From an uncultured delta proteobacterium (GTDB lineage: Bacteria > Desulfobacterota > Desulfuromonadia > Geobacterales > DSM-12255), in NCBI GenBank assembly GCA_963787125.1, contig CAWBBV010000023.1:64001-128000 (forward strand): DNA of 64,000 bases, written 5' to 3'. Shown here one piece after another: positions 20,611 to 32,061 of this stretch (positions within the stretch are counted from its first letter, which is position 1; each line of letters opens with the position of its first letter). The translations under genes and the position numbers were made by a program. The notes under the pieces were generated by a model. That model did no database searches, was not told where the DNA came from, and saw only the letters and a program-made list of their open reading frames with translations.

Positions 20611-22890
20611 CTAGCTGCTGCGTCTGTCCAGAACCTCGCGCACCCTCTTTAGCAGCTCTCGAGGCGAGACGGGTTTCGTGATGAGATCCACTCTTTCATC
20701 TTGTCTTGATATGTTCGGCTGATAACCGCTCATGAACAGCACCTTCATGCCCGGACGTACTCTTTTAATTTCCTGGTAGGTCTCAATACCGCTTCTCTTT
20801 GGCATGATGACGTCAAACAGGCAGAGCTTTATTTCATCCGGCCGCTCAGCAAATTTAGACATGGCTTCTTCTCCGTTCTCTGCCTCGATGACAGTGTAGC
20901 CACATTCAGTGAGGATGCTGGTGGCGAGGGCTCGCAGTGATCTGTCGTCCTCCGCCAGGAGGATGGTCTCGGTGCCGTTTTCGGGGATATCAGACTCTTT
21001 TACGCTCTCGACCAGCGCTGATGACCTGCTTAAGGGGAGGTAGATGCGGAAGGTCGTGCCTCTGCCCGGCTCACTGGCGCAGAGGATGTAGCCGTTATGC
21101 TGCTTGATGATGCCGTAACAGACTGAAAGTCCCAGCCCTGTCCCTTTGCCTACCTCCTTGGTGGTGAAAAACGGCTCGAAGATCTTTTGCCGGACACACT
21201 CTTCCATCCCTTTGCCGCTATCGGCAAAGGTGATGAGGACATACCAGCCGGGTTCTCCGTAACCATGGTCTTTACTGAACGTAGCGTCCAGCTCCGTCAG
21301 TTCAGTTGTTATGGTGATGCTCCCCCTTTCCGGGATGGAATCCTTTGCATTCGTGGTCAGATTGAGCAGTACCTGTTCGAGTTGGCCTGCATCAGCCAGG
21401 ACCGTCACTTCGTCCTCTGTCAGGCAGAGCCGCAGTTCGATGTCCTCCCGGATGAGCCGGCGGAGCATCTTCTCCAGGCCGGAAATGAGCTCGTTCAGCT
21501 TGAGAGGTTTTATCTCCATAGTCTGCTTTCTGCTGAAGGCAAGCATCGACCTGGTCAGGTTTGCGGCCCGGTCAGCTGCGACGAGGATCTGGGCCACGTT
21601 ATCGTGCAGCGGATCGTCCTTGGCCATCTTCATATCAAGAATGCTGCCGAAGCCGATGATCACCGAGAGGATGTTATTAAAGTCATGGGCGATGCCACCT
21701 GCCAGGGTGCCGACAGCCTCTATCTTCTGCACCTGACGGAGCTGGTTTTCCAGACTGCGTTGCTCGGTGATGTCGCGAGCCGTGGCATAGGTCACGCCAT
21801 CCTTGCTGTCAAAGTAGGCGTTCCAGGAGAGGAGCAGTGTCGAGCCGTCCTTGTGCAGATAGCGGTTTTCGAAGTTCAGTGACGAGCGGGTTGAAACCTG
21901 AAGCTCCATTTCAGCTGCTGTCCGCTGGCGATCTTCAGGTGCGACAAATTCGAGGAACGGCTTTGAGAGAACTTCGTTCTTGGAATAGCCGGTCATCTGC
22001 AGAAGCGTCGGGTTAACGCTCTTGAAGCAGCCGAAAGGATCGGCTATGCACATCGCATCATTGGAAAGCATGAAAAACTTTTTATACTGCTCTTTTTCCT
22101 GCTCCGATTGCCGTGCTGTGCGCTCAGCCTCATTCCGTGCCTCAATCTCCCTTTCCAGATTTTTCACAGAAGTGAACGAATTTTGCAATGTTGCGGCCAT
22201 TTCATTCGTCATTAAGGCGAGCTCGGTTAACTCGTCGTCTCCACTTGCCGTCAGGCGATGGTCAAGATTACCATTGCCGATGATGACGGTGCCCTCCCGA
22301 AGTTCCTCAAGGCGCCGTGACAACGTCCGGTTGATGAGTGCGGAATTTCCGACAGTCACGATAAAGCCCATGGCGATAAATAGAACCAGAAGGCGAATCG
22401 TTCTCTTGCGCGCGTCTTCCGAAATCTTTCCGAGGGTTTCCACAAGTTTGCCCAAGTCAGTCGTCAAACTGGAGGCCGCGAGCTTCAGCTGGTCGACCTG
22501 ATTCCTTTTTCCCGGTGGTAAGATCCCTCTCGACCGCTCCTCCATGATTCTGGAAAAGATAACGAAGGTGGTTTCAAAGTTCCGCCCGATTTCCTCCAGC
22601 GGTTCTTTTTCCTGGCGGAACGCGAGCCTCTCGCCGGCCTGCTTCAACAGGGCGCGGAATCTGTTGGTCTTTGAGACCCATTCAAACCTGATGCGCTCAT
22701 CTCCGAAGAGGAGATACTCATCCCGCAGCACCTGCCTTTCCAGGGCAATCTTGCGCATCTCGATCACCTGGTGCTGGTTCCGATCGGCCTGTGACATTTC
22801 CCTGTATGACCAGACAAGCGGAAGGGCTACTACGATAGCAGCGGCTATGCCGATCAGGGCATTCAGCCTCAATCTCGTCTTTATTTTCAT
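20611..22890 (-). CDS. Hybrid sensor histidine kinase (HAMP-PAS-HisKA-HATPase-REC)
   Basis: Two TM helices, [23 protein letters not shown]-box, [18 protein letters not shown] (AEDD...DVIMP...MSGY...KP). Confidence 0.93.
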   Translation of the reverse strand: MKIKTRLRLNALIGIAAAIVVALPLVWSYREMSQADRNQHQVIEMRKIALERQVLRDEYLLFGDERIRFEWVSKTNRFRALLKQAGERLAFRQEKEPLEEIGRNFETTFVIFSRIMEERSRGILPPGKRNQVDQLKLAASSLTTDLGKLVETLGKISEDARKRTIRLLVLFIAMGFIVTVGNSALINRTLSRRLEELREGTVIIGNGNLDHRLTASGDDELTELALMTNEMAATLQNSFTSVKNLEREIEARNEAERTARQSEQEKEQYKKFFMLSNDAMCIADPFGCFKSVNPTLLQMTGYSKNEVLSKPFLEFVAPEDRQRTAAEMELQVSTRSSLNFENRYLHKDGSTLLLSWNAYFDSKDGVTYATARDITEQRSLENQLRQVQKIEAVGTLAGGIAHDFNNILSVIIGFGSILDMKMAKDDPLHDNVAQILVAADRAANLTRSMLAFSRKQTMEIKPLKLNELISGLEKMLRRLIREDIELRLCLTEDEVTVLADAGQLEQVLLNLTTNAKDSIPERGSITITTELTELDATFSKDHGYGEPGWYVLITFADSGKGMEECVRQKIFEPFFTTKEVGKGTGLGLSVCYGIIKQHNGYILCASEPGRGTTFRIYLPLSRSSALVESVKESDIPENGTETILLAEDDRSLRALATSILTECGYTVIEAENGEEAMSKFAERPDEIKLCLFDVIMPKRSGIETYQEIKRVRPGMKVLFMSGYQPNISRQDERVDLITKPVSPRELLKRVREVLDRRSS

Positions 22891-22951
22891 TTGGCACTCC
22901 CGGCGGATTAGCCATCTGGCCGTCCACCACCCGGCAACCTATCACTCATCA

Positions 22952-23131
22952 TCAGGTGCAATCGCCCCGCCACATGCAACCTTCCTGCCCGCACCGTGCC
23001 GCTTTGCCGCTGTCGAAGCAGGGCTCGTTCCCTTCGGCCTGCTGAACAGCCCGTACCAGTTCGGATTTTTTTGCTTTGCCTGGCTTGATTCCGTGCTTTT
23101 TGGCTATTTCCCTGATCTCTTCAAGTTTCAT
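22952..23131 (-). CDS. Small SAP/Rho-N-like domain protein with four-Cys tail (59 aa, absent from the ORF track)
   Basis: Manual translation MKLEEIREIAKKHGIKPGKAKKSELVRAVQQAEGNEPCFDSGKAARCGQEGCMWRGDCT; AAGGAG RBS. Confidence 0.8.
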   Translation of the reverse strand: MKLEEIREIAKKHGIKPGKAKKSELVRAVQQAEGNEPCFDSGKAARCGQEGCMWRGDCT

Positions 23132-23233
23132 CTCTTCGCTCTCCTTAAAATCCGGTTAAAATTGATAATGATTAATATTATAGCGCATTCCGGATCTCTT
23201 TCAATCGAGCCAATTAAAATCATGTCAGAAATA

Positions 23234-23282
23234 TTGATACTTTCTTGACTTTATCACTCCCTATTTTGACACCTTATTTACC
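23234..23282 (+). promoter_or_regulatory. Direct-repeat operator upstream of the kdp operon, predicted KdpE site
   Basis: TTGATA/TTGACT/TTGACA/TTTACC at offsets 0, 11, 32, 43. Confidence 0.65.
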
Positions 23283-23338
23283 TCCTCCCTGCTACCCTGA
23301 AATCATCGAAGGTATATTGAGCAGCAGGGAGAGCAGTT

Positions 23339-23572
23339 ATGAAAGTCTATCTGTACGATCTGAAAACAGGCGTGTATGAGGGTGAAACTTTCGAAGAAGC
23401 TGATATGCTTCAGTATGAGGACGGTTTAACAGCCACCTCTCCGCCCGACTGTGAACATGGACAGGTGCCTGTCTATGACCGGCAGAAAAATTCATGGACC
23501 GTCATCCCGGTCAGCATTGCCCGGCAGCTGTTGAATATCAGTCCGTTGAGTTCCATGGAGAGTAAAGTATGA
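23339..23572 (+). CDS. Small soluble acidic protein, first gene of the kdp operon (tail-fibre-assembly-like)
   Basis: GGAG RBS, ATGA overlap with kdp[11 protein letters not shown]...TATSPP...GQVPVYD...W pattern. Confidence 0.7.
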   Translation: MKVYLYDLKTGVYEGETFEEADMLQYEDGLTATSPPDCEHGQVPVYDRQKNSWTVIPVSIARQLLNISPLSSMESKV

Positions 23573-25353
23573 ACACGTTTGAATGGCTGCAAACAGGCAT
23601 ATTCTTCGCCTTATTGCTGGCCCTGGTCAAGCCGCTGGGCAGCTTCATGACCAAGGTGTTTCAGGGGGAGCGGAACTTTCTGTCACCCGTCCTGGCCCCC
23701 TGCGAAAAGGTGATCTACCGCATCAGTGGTGTGAGGCCGGAAGATGAGATGGGGTGGCAGCGCTATGCCGTTTCCATGCTGCTTTTCAACCTGGTCCTTT
23801 TCGCGGCACTCTTCGCCATGCTTCTTCTGCAGCATCTGTTGCCGCTCAATCCGCAGAAGGTCCCGGCTTTCAGCTGGCAACTGGCGCTGAACACGGCGGT
23901 CAGCTTCACAACCAACACCAACTGGCAGGCCTACGCCGGTGAGCAGACGGCCAGCTACTTCACCCAGATGGTGGGGCTGGCGGTGCATAACTTTATCTCC
24001 GCCGCCACCGGCATTGCCATAGCTATTGCCGTGATTCGCGGCTTTGTACGGCGCAAGACCTCGCTGCTGGGCAACTTCTGGGTCGATATGACCCGCTGCA
24101 CGCTCTATGTCCTGCTCCCTATCTCGATCATTGCCGCTACCCTGCTGGTTTCCCAGGGGGCGATCCAGAACGTAAGCGCCTACAAAACGGTGTCTTTGAT
24201 CCAGTCCACGAACTACGACAAACCCAAAATAGACGACAAGGGTAACCCCCTCAAGGATGCCAAGGGCAACCCGGTAGTCGAAAATGTGATTGTCAAGGAA
24301 GTCCTGATCCCCATGGGGCCGGTCGCCTCCCAGGAGGCGATCAAGGAGCTTGGGACCAATGGCGGCGGCTTCTTCAACGCTAACTCGGCCCACCCTTTTG
24401 AAAATCCGACGCCACTCTCCAACTTTATCGAGATACTCCTGATTCTGCTGATACCCGCCGCCCTGACCTACACCTTCGGAGTTATGGTGGGGAACACCCG
24501 CCAGGGGTGGACGCTGTTGGGGGTGATGCTCTTCATCCTGATTGCCGCCTTCGGCGTTCTGCAGTGGGCGGAGAGCAGCGGTAATCCGCTCGTGGCCAGG
24601 CTGGGGGTTCAGAGCATCAACATGGAAGGCAAGGAACTCCGCTTCGGCCTGGCCGGGAGCAACCTCTTCACCGTGGCCACCACCGGCACCTCCTGCGGCG
24701 CGGTCAATACCATGCACGACTCCCTTACCCCCATCGGCGGCATGATACCGCTCTCCCTGATTCTTCTCGGTGAAATCATCTTCGGCGGGGTCGGTTCCGG
24801 TCTCTACACCATGCTGGCTTTTGCAATCATTGCAGTGTTCGTCTCCGGACTGATGATCGGCCGGACGCCAGAGTATCTGGGGAAAAAGATCGAAGTGAAA
24901 GAAATGTGGATGTCGATCCTGACCATTTTAACCGCCGGGGTTGTGGTCCTGATAACGTCGGGAATCGCCATGATCACCCCGGCTGCAGTGGCCTCCATGG
25001 CCAACCCAGGCGCCCACGGTCTCTCCGAGGTACTCTATGCTGTGGCCTCCATGGCGAACAACAATGGCAGCGCCTTTGCCGGTCTGAATGCCAACGTCAA
25101 TTTTTTCAACTTGTTCGGTTCCCTGGCCATGACCCTTGGTCGCTATGTCCCGGCAGTCGCCGTGCTGGCTATGGCCGGTTCTCTTGCGGAGAAAAAATAT
25201 GTTCCTCCCAGTCTTGGAACCCTGCCCACCGACAAAGCGCCTTTTGCCATTTGGCTGACGTTGGTAATCCTGATTGTCGGAGCGCTCACCTTTTTCCCGG
25301 CGCTCTCTCTGGGGCCGATTGTTGAACAGCTGACCATGCTGGGAGGTGTTTAA
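23569..25353 (+). CDS. kdpA: K+-transporting ATPase subunit A
   Basis: [34 protein letters not shown] selectivity-filter motifs. Confidence 0.98.
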   Translation: MNTFEWLQTGIFFALLLALVKPLGSFMTKVFQGERNFLSPVLAPCEKVIYRISGVRPEDEMGWQRYAVSMLLFNLVLFAALFAMLLLQHLLPLNPQKVPAFSWQLALNTAVSFTTNTNWQAYAGEQTASYFTQMVGLAVHNFISAATGIAIAIAVIRGFVRRKTSLLGNFWVDMTRCTLYVLLPISIIAATLLVSQGAIQNVSAYKTVSLIQSTNYDKPKIDDKGNPLKDAKGNPVVENVIVKEVLIPMGPVASQEAIKELGTNGGGFFNANSAHPFENPTPLSNFIEILLILLIPAALTYTFGVMVGNTRQGWTLLGVMLFILIAAFGVLQWAESSGNPLVARLGVQSINMEGKELRFGLAGSNLFTVATTGTSCGAVNTMHDSLTPIGGMIPLSLILLGEIIFGGVGSGLYTMLAFAIIAVFVSGLMIGRTPEYLGKKIEVKEMWMSILTILTAGVVVLITSGIAMITPAAVASMANPGAHGLSEVLYAVASMANNNGSAFAGLNANVNFFNLFGSLAMTLGRYVPAVAVLAMAGSLAEKKYVPPSLGTLPTDKAPFAIWLTLVILIVGALTFFPALSLGPIVEQLTMLGGV

Positions 25354-25357
25354 CGTC

Positions 25358-27424
25358 ATGTCGAAACATACATCACAACCTCAATCGGTATTCGATGCAG
25401 CGCTTTTGCAGGGCGCGCTGCAGGGCTCCTTCAAGAAGCTCGATCCCCGCACTCTCTGGCGCAACCCGGTCATGTTGTGCGTCGAGGTCGCCAGCGTCAT
25501 CACCCTGATCACCTTTATCATGTCGCTCACCGGTGCCAATTCGGAGCCGGTCTGGTTCACCGGCACTGTCTCAATCTGGCTCTGGCTGACGGTCATCTTC
25601 TCTACTTTTGCCGAAGCGTTGGCGGAAGGGAGGGGCAAGGCCCGTGCAGCCAGTTTGCGCAAGAGTCGCACCGACATAACTGCCAAACATCTGGATAAGC
25701 CGGAATTCGGTGGCAACTACGCCACCGTCGGTGCCAGCCAGCTCCGCAAGGGAGATCTGATCCTGGTTGAAGGTGGTGATATGATCGCCGGTGACGGCGA
25801 CGTCGTTGCCGGGGCGGCCCTGGTCAACGAGTCTGCAGTGACCGGCGAATCTGCCCCGGTAATCCGTGAATCCGGCGGCGACCGCAGCGCCGTCACCGGC
25901 GGCACCACGGTCATTTCCAGTAGCATTATTGTCAGGATTACCGCCAATCCGGGTGAAACCTTCCTGGATAAGATGATCGGTCTGATCGAAGGGGCCAAAC
26001 GGCGCAAAACCCCGAACGAAGTTGCCCTGGAAGTGCTGCTGATCGCCCTGACAGTGGTCTTTCTACTGGTCTGCATCAACATCAGCCCCCTCTCGATCTA
26101 TAGCGTGAAAACTGCCGGGCAGGGGACTCCGGTTTCGTTGACGGTCCTGGTGGCGCTGTTCGTCTGTCTGGCGCCGACGACCATTGCCGCCCTTTTGCCC
26201 GCCATCGGTATCGCCGGCATGGACCGGCTCTTCCAGAAGAACGTCATCGCTCTTTCCGGTCGGGCTATAGAGGCTGCAGGCGACGTCAATGTGCTGCTGC
26301 TGGACAAGACCGGCACCATCACCCTTGGTAACCGGCAGGCAGTGGCCTTTGTCCCGGTCGGGGGGCGTACTGAAAACGAGCTGGCCGAAGCCGCCCTGAT
26401 GGCGTCACTGGGGGATGAAACTCCGGAAGGGCGCAGTGTGGTGATATTGGCAAAAGAGAAGTACAGTCTGAGCAGGGAGACACCTCAGGATGCCGAGGTC
26501 GTGGATTTCAGCGCCGACACGCGCCTCTCCGGAGTCAACACCGGCGGGGAGCAGTACCGCAAAGGTGCCTCGGACTCGACTATTGCCTTTGTAAAAAAGA
26601 TGGGTTGCTCCGTTATCCCGAGCGATCTGGCTGACGTAGTCGACAAGATTGCCCGCGGCGGTGCTACGCCGCTGGTGGTCTGCAAGGGGTGCGAAATTCT
26701 CGGGGTGATCAACCTGAAAGACATCGTCAAGGCCGGTATCCAGGAACGCTTCCTCCAACTGCGCAGCATGGGGATCAAGACCGTGATGATCACCGGCGAC
26801 AACCCGCTGACTGCCGCGGCCATTGCCGCCGAGGCCCAGGTGGACGATTTCCTCGCCCAGGCCAAACCGGAAGAGAAGCTGCGCCTGATCCGCGAGTACC
26901 AGGATCAGGGCTTCATGGTGGCCATGACCGGCGATGGCACCAACGATGCCCCGGCCCTGGCCCAGGCAGATGTGGCCGTGGCCATGAACACCGGCACCCA
27001 GCCGGCCCGCGAGGCAGCCAACATCATTGACCTGGATTCGAACCCCACCAAACTGCTCGATATCGTCGAGGTTGGTAAGCAGATTCTCATGACCCGTGGC
27101 AACCTGACCACCTTCAGTATCTCCAATGATATTGCCAAGTATTTTGCCATTATCCCGGCGATGCTGCTCTCCATCTACCCGCAGCTGAACGTCCTGAACG
27201 TCATGCAGCTGGCGAATCCGATGAGCGCGATCCTGTCGGCGGTCATCTTCAATGCGCTCATCATTCCAATGCTGGTGCCGTTGGCACTGAAAGGGACCAA
27301 GTTTCGTCCCATGCCTGCCGAGAAGCTGCTGATTCATAATCTGCTGCTCTACGGTGTCGGCGGGATCATCGCCCCGTTTGTCGGGATCAAGGCCATTGAT
27401 TTTATTATCGGACTGATGGTGTGA
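25358..27424 (+). CDS. kdpB: K+-transporting P-type ATPase subunit B
   Basis: [20 protein letters not shown]. Confidence 0.98.
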   Translation: MSKHTSQPQSVFDAALLQGALQGSFKKLDPRTLWRNPVMLCVEVASVITLITFIMSLTGANSEPVWFTGTVSIWLWLTVIFSTFAEALAEGRGKARAASLRKSRTDITAKHLDKPEFGGNYATVGASQLRKGDLILVEGGDMIAGDGDVVAGAALVNESAVTGESAPVIRESGGDRSAVTGGTTVISSSIIVRITANPGETFLDKMIGLIEGAKRRKTPNEVALEVLLIALTVVFLLVCINISPLSIYSVKTAGQGTPVSLTVLVALFVCLAPTTIAALLPAIGIAGMDRLFQKNVIALSGRAIEAAGDVNVLLLDKTGTITLGNRQAVAFVPVGGRTENELAEAALMASLGDETPEGRSVVILAKEKYSLSRETPQDAEVVDFSADTRLSGVNTGGEQYRKGASDSTIAFVKKMGCSVIPSDLADVVDKIARGGATPLVVCKGCEILGVINLKDIVKAGIQERFLQLRSMGIKTVMITGDNPLTAAAIAAEAQVDDFLAQAKPEEKLRLIREYQDQGFMVAMTGDGTNDAPALAQADVAVAMNTGTQPAREAANIIDLDSNPTKLLDIVEVGKQILMTRGNLTTFSISNDIAKYFAIIPAMLLSIYPQLNVLNVMQLANPMSAILSAVIFNALIIPMLVPLALKGTKFRPMPAEKLLIHNLLLYGVGGIIAPFVGIKAIDFIIGLMV

Positions 27425-27478
27425 TCGGACCAGTCGGACAGGTCTGAATGGTCCGATGCAAAACAGGAGAACAGAACC

Positions 27479-28042
27479 ATGAAAGAAATACGTCCGGCAA
27501 TTCTGCTTTTAATAATCTTCACTATCATCTGCGGTGGCATCTATCCGGCGGTTGTTACCGGAGTGGCTTCTGTAGTCTTCCCGAACCAGGCCAAGGGGAG
27601 CTTCATCAACGACAGCCGTGGCAGGGAGATCGCTTCGTCGCTGATCGGCCAGCCCTTTACCGACCCGAAATATTTTTGGCCGCGCCCGTCAGCTACAATG
27701 GATTTCGGTTATAATCCCATGGCTTCGGGCGGATCCAATGCCGGGCCGACCAATCCCGACTACCTTAAGACGGTCGAAGGTCGGGTCAAGGCGCTCCGCG
27801 ACAGCGGCGTCAGCGGCAACATTCCGGCCGAACTGGTTCAGGCTTCGGCCAGCGGCCTCGATCCGCACATCTCACCGCAAGCTGCGCTGCTGCAGGCACC
27901 GCGGGTCGCCAAGGCACGCGGTGTCAGTGTCGAGTCGCTGCGGAAAGTGGTTGCATCTCGTGTCGAAGATCGTCAGTTCGGGTTTTTAGGGGAGCAACGG
28001 GTGAATGTGCTGGCAGTAAATCTGGAATTGGATAGAATGTAG
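27479..28042 (+). CDS. kdpC: K+-transporting ATPase subunit C
   Basis: SSLIGQPF, YFWPRPSA, ASASGLDPHIS, RVNVLAVNLELD. Confidence 0.97.
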   Translation: MKEIRPAILLLIIFTIICGGIYPAVVTGVASVVFPNQAKGSFINDSRGREIASSLIGQPFTDPKYFWPRPSATMDFGYNPMASGGSNAGPTNPDYLKTVEGRVKALRDSGVSGNIPAELVQASASGLDPHISPQAALLQAPRVAKARGVSVESLRKVVASRVEDRQFGFLGEQRVNVLAVNLELDRM

Positions 28043-28044
28043 CC

Positions 28045-30735
28045 ATGACCAACTCCGACGATATCCGTCCCTCTCCGGAGGCGATGCTGAAGCTGGCCCA
28101 GGCCGAGGAAGTCACCGCCGAGCTGGGGAGGCTGAAGATCTTTCTCGGCTACGCCGCCGGAGTCGGCAAGACTTACGCCATGCTGGAGGCAGCCCGGCAG
28201 CGAAAGCATGATGGTCGCGACGTTGTCGCCGGTTATGTGGAATCCCATGGCCGCGCCGAGACTGACGCTTTGCTGGACGGGTTGGAAGTGCTGCCGCGCC
28301 GGGAAGTCACTTACATGGGGGTCGTGCTCCATGAGATGGACCTGGATGCGATCCTGGCACGCCGGCCGCAGATCGTCCTGGTGGACGAACTGGCCCACAG
28401 TAACGCCCCCGGATCGCGCCACGAGAAACGCTGGCAGGACGTGGAGGAGATCCTTGAGGCCGGGATCGACGTCTACACTACGGTCAATATCCAGCATTTC
28501 GAGAGCCTCAACGATGTGGTGGCCCAGATTACCGGGATCGTCGTCCGTGAAACCGTGCCGGACCGCCTGCTTGATCTGGCTTTCGAGATCAAATTGATCG
28601 ACATCTCACCGGAAGACCTGATCCAGCGACTGCACGAAGGGAAAGTCTATATTTCCGATCAGGCTGCAAAGGCCATCGAGAAATTTTTCCGTCCCGGCAA
28701 CCTGATGGCCTTGCGGGAGTTATCGCTGCGCCGCACCGCCGCCCGGGTGGACGACCAGATGCGGGCCTACATGGAGACTCAGTCGATCTCCGGGCCATGG
28801 CCGACTGCGGAACGGCTCCTGGTTTGCGTCAGCGGCGGCCCTTCCAGCGAAAAGCTGATCCGGGCGACCTGCCGACTGGCCGAAGAGCTGAAGGCGCAGT
28901 GGTTCACCGTCTATATCGAAATCCCCGACGGCAATCGTCATGTTGAGGAGAACCGGGAACATATCTGGCGCGATCTTCGTCTGGCCGAGGGGCTCGGCGC
29001 CCAGGTCGCTACGGTGACCGCCACTGACATTACCGATGCGGTTATGGAGTATGCCGGGCGGCACAACATCACCAAGATCGTCATGGGGAAGCCGAATAAG
29101 CCCCGCTGGCGCGAAATCCTCCAGCCACCTGTCGTTGACCGGATCATCCGCCGGAGCGGGGCAGTTGATGTCATCATTGTCAGCTTCGATCAGGAAAAAT
29201 CAGCGAAGCCCGCTGTAGCGAAACAGCATCACCATCCGTTCGAGCTGCGCGGGCACCTGGCCAGTCTCAGCCTTGTTATCGCAGCCACGCTGCTCTGCGA
29301 ACTGCTTCGCCCCTTTTTCGCGCCGACCAATATGGTCATGATTTACCTGCTGGCCGTAGTGGTCGCCTCGGTGCGTCTTGGCCGCAAACCGGCCATAGCA
29401 ACCGCTTTTCTCGGTGTGCTCGCCTTCGACTTTTTTTTCGTGCCGCCGCGGCTGACTCTGGCTGTGGCCGATACCCAGTACCTGATGACCTTTATCGGCC
29501 TCTTTGTGGTCGGGATAGTGATCAGTACTCTGGTGGCACGCTCCAAAGAGCGGGCCGAGGTGATGCGGACCCGTGAAGTGCAGACCGCCAGCCTTTACTA
29601 CCTCAGTCGGGACCTTGCCGCTTCGGCTGATATCTCCGCTGTGCTGAAAGCGGTGGTGAGAAATGTGGAAGAGGCGCTTATGGCCCGGGTGGTGATCCTG
29701 CTGCCGGAAGGGGAGCGACTCGATATCATGGCCGTCAGCGACGGGCTGGTGCTGGACATCAAGGAGCAGGCCGTCGCTGACTGGGCCTTCCGCAACAACC
29801 ATCCAGCCGGACGGGCCACTGATACGCTGGTGTCAGCCGGGCTGATCTATCTCCCCCTGCAGACGCCGGCCAGCATGTTGGGGGTGATGGGAGTCAAGCT
29901 GGAGAACGAGCCTGCCTATCACAGTCAGGATAATCGCCGCCTGCTGGATGCTTTTGCTACCCAGGCGGCCATGGCCATGGAGCGGATCCGCTTCTCCCGT
30001 CAGGCTGAGCAGACCCAGATCCTTCAGGCACGGGAAAATCTCGAACGGGCGCTACTGAACTCCATTTCCCACGATCTGCGCACACCGCTCTCCTCCGTCA
30101 CCGGTGTTCTGACCAGTCTGCGGGAAGAGGGGGCGCATCTCAATGATCACGCCCGCCGGGAACTGCTCGACACTGCCTGCAGCGAGGCCGAACGCTTGAA
30201 CCGCTTTGTCGGCAACCTGCTGGATATGACCCGCATTGAAGCCGGGGCGGTGAGGTTGAAACTGGAGCCGTGCGATGTGCAGGACCTTGTCGGCTGCGCC
30301 CTGGCTGCGCTGGAGCCGCGTATCGGCCTCAGGGAGATCAGCTTCAAGATGCAGCCGGTCATGCCGCTGGTACAGATGGACATGGTACTGATGACCCAGG
30401 TGCTGGTAAACCTGCTGGATAATGCTCACAAGTACTCGCCCGTGGAAAGTGTCATCGAAGTGATTGCCCAGCTGGAAAAAAAGTGGCTGATCGTAGAGGT
30501 TGATGATCGGGGGCCCGGAGTGCCGGAACATGATCTGAAGCGGGTCTTCGACAAATTCTACCGGATTCCGGTGCCTGAAGGTGCCGGCGGCACCGGCCTT
30601 GGTCTCTCCATCTGCAAGGGGATCGTTGAAGCCCACGGCGGCTTGATCAGCGCCGGAAACCGTGTCGGCGGGGGGTTGAGGGTCGAGATCAGGCTGCCGC
30701 TATCAGCAGGAGAGGGGATGAAAAATGACGCCTGA
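28045..30735 (+). CDS. kdpD: Sensor histidine kinase KdpD
   Basis: GYAAGVGKTYAML, VDELAH, Usp domain, TM bundle, GAF, SHDLRTP. Confidence 0.97.
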   Translation: MTNSDDIRPSPEAMLKLAQAEEVTAELGRLKIFLGYAAGVGKTYAMLEAARQRKHDGRDVVAGYVESHGRAETDALLDGLEVLPRREVTYMGVVLHEMDLDAILARRPQIVLVDELAHSNAPGSRHEKRWQDVEEILEAGIDVYTTVNIQHFESLNDVVAQITGIVVRETVPDRLLDLAFEIKLIDISPEDLIQRLHEGKVYISDQAAKAIEKFFRPGNLMALRELSLRRTAARVDDQMRAYMETQSISGPWPTAERLLVCVSGGPSSEKLIRATCRLAEELKAQWFTVYIEIPDGNRHVEENREHIWRDLRLAEGLGAQVATVTATDITDAVMEYAGRHNITKIVMGKPNKPRWREILQPPVVDRIIRRSGAVDVIIVSFDQEKSAKPAVAKQHHHPFELRGHLASLSLVIAATLLCELLRPFFAPTNMVMIYLLAVVVASVRLGRKPAIATAFLGVLAFDFFFVPPRLTLAVADTQYLMTFIGLFVVGIVISTLVARSKERAEVMRTREVQTASLYYLSRDLAASADISAVLKAVVRNVEEALMARVVILLPEGERLDIMAVSDGLVLDIKEQAVADWAFRNNHPAGRATDTLVSAGLIYLPLQTPASMLGVMGVKLENEPAYHSQDNRRLLDAFATQAAMAMERIRFSRQAEQTQILQARENLERALLNSISHDLRTPLSSVTGVLTSLREEGAHLNDHARRELLDTACSEAERLNRFVGNLLDMTRIEAGAVRLKLEPCDVQDLVGCALAALEPRIGLREISFKMQPVMPLVQMDMVLMTQVLVNLLDNAHKYSPVESVIEVIAQLEKKWLIVEVDDRGPGVPEHDLKRVFDKFYRIPVPEGAGGTGLGLSICKGIVEAHGGLISAGNRVGGGLRVEIRLPLSAGEGMKNDA

Positions 30736-31426
30736 ACGAACTACGGATAATCTGCCGCGTATTCTGGTAATAGATGATGAGGTCGCTATCAGGCGTTTTC
30801 TGCATACAATCCTTTCTGCCGAGGAGTTTTTTCTGCATGAGGCTGCCGACGGCCATGCCGGGCTGGCAGCTGCCGCAGCTTTCCGGCCTGATGTGGTTTT
30901 ACTCGATCTGGGGCTGCCGGATATTGATGGTATCGAGGTTATCCGCCGGATCCGGGAATGGTCGCCGGTACCGATAATCGTCCTTTCGGTGCGAGAGCAC
31001 GAGGATGACAAGGTTCGGGCCCTTGATGCCGGCGCCGATGACTATCTGACCAAACCTTTCGGTGTCGGTGAGCTGCTGGCGCGGATCAGGGCGGCCCTGC
31101 GCCGCTCCCTGCAGCAGGTGCCCGAGCCTGTCTTCACCAGCGGTGAGCTGCAGATGGATCTGAACCTGCGCCGGGTAACGGTGGAGGGGAGTGAAGTGCA
31201 GTTGACTCCCACCGAGTATGATATTCTTCGTCTGTTCGTATCACATGCCGGCAAGGTTCTTACTCACGGCATGATCCTGAAGCAGGTCTGGGGTATCGCC
31301 TATCTTGAACAGCCCCATGTGCTGCGGGTCAATATCAGCAATTTGCGCCGCAAGATTGAGGCTGATCCGTCTCGTCCCCGTTATATAGTTACCGAGCCGG
31401 GGGTGGGGTACCGCCTCAGGGCGTAG
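30725..31426 (+). CDS. kdpE: Response regulator KdpE (OmpR family)
   Basis: DLGLPDIDG, GADDYLTKPF, EPGVGYR; follows kdpD. Confidence 0.95.
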   Translation: MTPERTTDNLPRILVIDDEVAIRRFLHTILSAEEFFLHEAADGHAGLAAAAAFRPDVVLLDLGLPDIDGIEVIRRIREWSPVPIIVLSVREHEDDKVRALDAGADDYLTKPFGVGELLARIRAALRRSLQQVPEPVFTSGELQMDLNLRRVTVEGSEVQLTPTEYDILRLFVSHAGKVLTHGMILKQVWGIAYLEQPHVLRVNISNLRRKIEADPSRPRYIVTEPGVGYRLRA

Positions 31427-31515
31427 TTGCCGCTTTATTGGGCAGGTTGATGATCTTTTCCCCTCTTTGTGCCGGTTCAAAATTACATGAATCGTAATAT
31501 CAGCTACTTATAGAA

Positions 31516-31532
31516 TTGGCATACCATGTGCT
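31516..31532 (+). promoter_or_regulatory. sigma54 promoter of the nifX operon
   Basis: TTGGCATACCATGTGCT = GG-N10-GC; IHF-like TATCAGCTACTTA at 31498-31510. Confidence 0.8.
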
Positions 31533-31579
31533 AATTAAAGTCATGACTACACCTCTCGTTGCGGAGAGCTGGACGCTAT

Positions 31580-31620
31580 GGCAAAGACGCCGTGCACCCA
31601 TAGGGTGGCGGCGTTTTTTT
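31580..31620 (+). promoter_or_regulatory. ANTAR-type hairpin plus leader terminator (nifX)
   Basis: GGC-AAAGAC-GCC overlapping GACGCCG...CGGCGTTTTTTT. Confidence 0.75.
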
Positions 31621-31640
31621 GTTTCAGAAAGGAGAGAGTT

Positions 31641-32027
31641 ATGAAAGTTGCCTTTACCAGCAGTAGCGGCGAAATGATCGACCAGCATTTCGGCCAGTGT
31701 CAGAATTTTTATGTTTGGGAAATCGGACCCGACGAGGCGCATCTCCATACCACCATCAACGGTATTTCAACTGACGGTGACGAAGAGGATCGGATTACCG
31801 CCCGCGGCAATGCTCTGGCCGAGTGTGACATCGTCTACACCATGCAGATCGGTGGCCCGGCGGCGGCCAAACTGGTGGCACGGAAAATTCATCCGATGAA
31901 GACCAATGAAGAGGTGCCGGTAGCGGAGATTGTCGGCAAACTGCAGGAGGTGCTGCGGGGAAATCCTCCTCCTTGGTTAAAAAAAGCGCTTAATAAGGAT
32001 AAGGCCGGATCATTTCTGGACGATTAA
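31641..32027 (+). CDS. nifX: Nitrogen fixation protein NifX
   Basis: MKVAF...IDQHFG, IGGPAAAKLV, PPPWLKKAL. Confidence 0.92.
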   Translation: MKVAFTSSSGEMIDQHFGQCQNFYVWEIGPDEAHLHTTINGISTDGDEEDRITARGNALAECDIVYTMQIGGPAAAKLVARKIHPMKTNEEVPVAEIVGKLQEVLRGNPPPWLKKALNKDKAGSFLDD

Positions 32028-32061
32028 AGGAAAGAAACCTAATAAAAGGAGGAAGAAAACA

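Noticed and set aside
23290..23570. kdpF
   Set aside because: No short hydrophobic ORF identified before kdpA
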